DNA of 63,995 bases, counting the filler, from Jimgerdemannia flammicorona (taxonomy: Eukaryota), in NCBI GenBank assembly GCA_003990765.1. It is 3 parts of 3 records of this genome, joined end to end, with 100 filler letters (N's around TTAATTAATTAA, not from the genome) between each part and the next. Parts side by side here need not be neighbours in the genome. Positions count along the whole stretch, not along the records: positions 43,065 to 63,995 come from RBNJ01001564.1; 2 more parts are not named here. One strand, given 5' to 3'. Position 1 is the first letter of the stretch; every line of letters begins with the position of its first letter. Made by a program: the position numbers and the translations under genes. Positions 63,971-63,995 of this stretch are shown here, one piece after another. The notes under the pieces were generated by a model. That model did not search any database, was not told the origin of the DNA, and was given only the letters and a program-made list of their open reading frames with translations.

Positions 63971-63995
63971 TTTTTTTTTTTTTTTTATAGTCCCA
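63971..63995 (-). mobile_element. Poly(A) 3' tail of the next LINE copy
   Basis: T-run plus 'atagtc', as at 43064-43077. Confidence 0.5.

Overview
Eukaryotic, intron-containing fungal DNA. An early-diverging lineage such as Mucoromycota/Endogonales is my inference from gene style, not a verified assignment. The window has two compartments. (1) About 0.9-15.4 kb is GC-rich and CpG-rich, with five spliced housekeeping genes: a SET/MYND (SMYD-like) methyltransferase, a DUF89/ARMT1-like phosphatase, an AVEN-like protein, UDP-glucuronate decarboxylase UXS1 and 8-amino-7-oxononanoate synthase (bioF). (2) About 15.5-64 kb is an AT-rich, CpG-depleted nest of decayed transposons: Ty3/gypsy families A, B and C, a related LTR fragment D, a copia relic, several L1/Tx1-like LINEs, hAT DNA transposons, foldback elements and minisatellites. 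It contains two assembly gaps. Main observations: (i) all four LTR families carry an apparently homologous, unannotated accessory ORF (motif 'Y-x-I/L-G-x-L-L ... A-x-K/R-x-x-x-I/L-F'), lying between integrase and the PPT in A and B but inside the 1.5-1.8 kb LTR in C and D; (ii) repeat-restricted C>T/G>A hypermutation extends beyond CpG to CpA/TpG (RIP-like); (iii) family A has a dUTPase and Cys/His modules between protease and RT; (iv) a fungal AVEN homolog. All coordinates were read by eye and may be off by a few bases.
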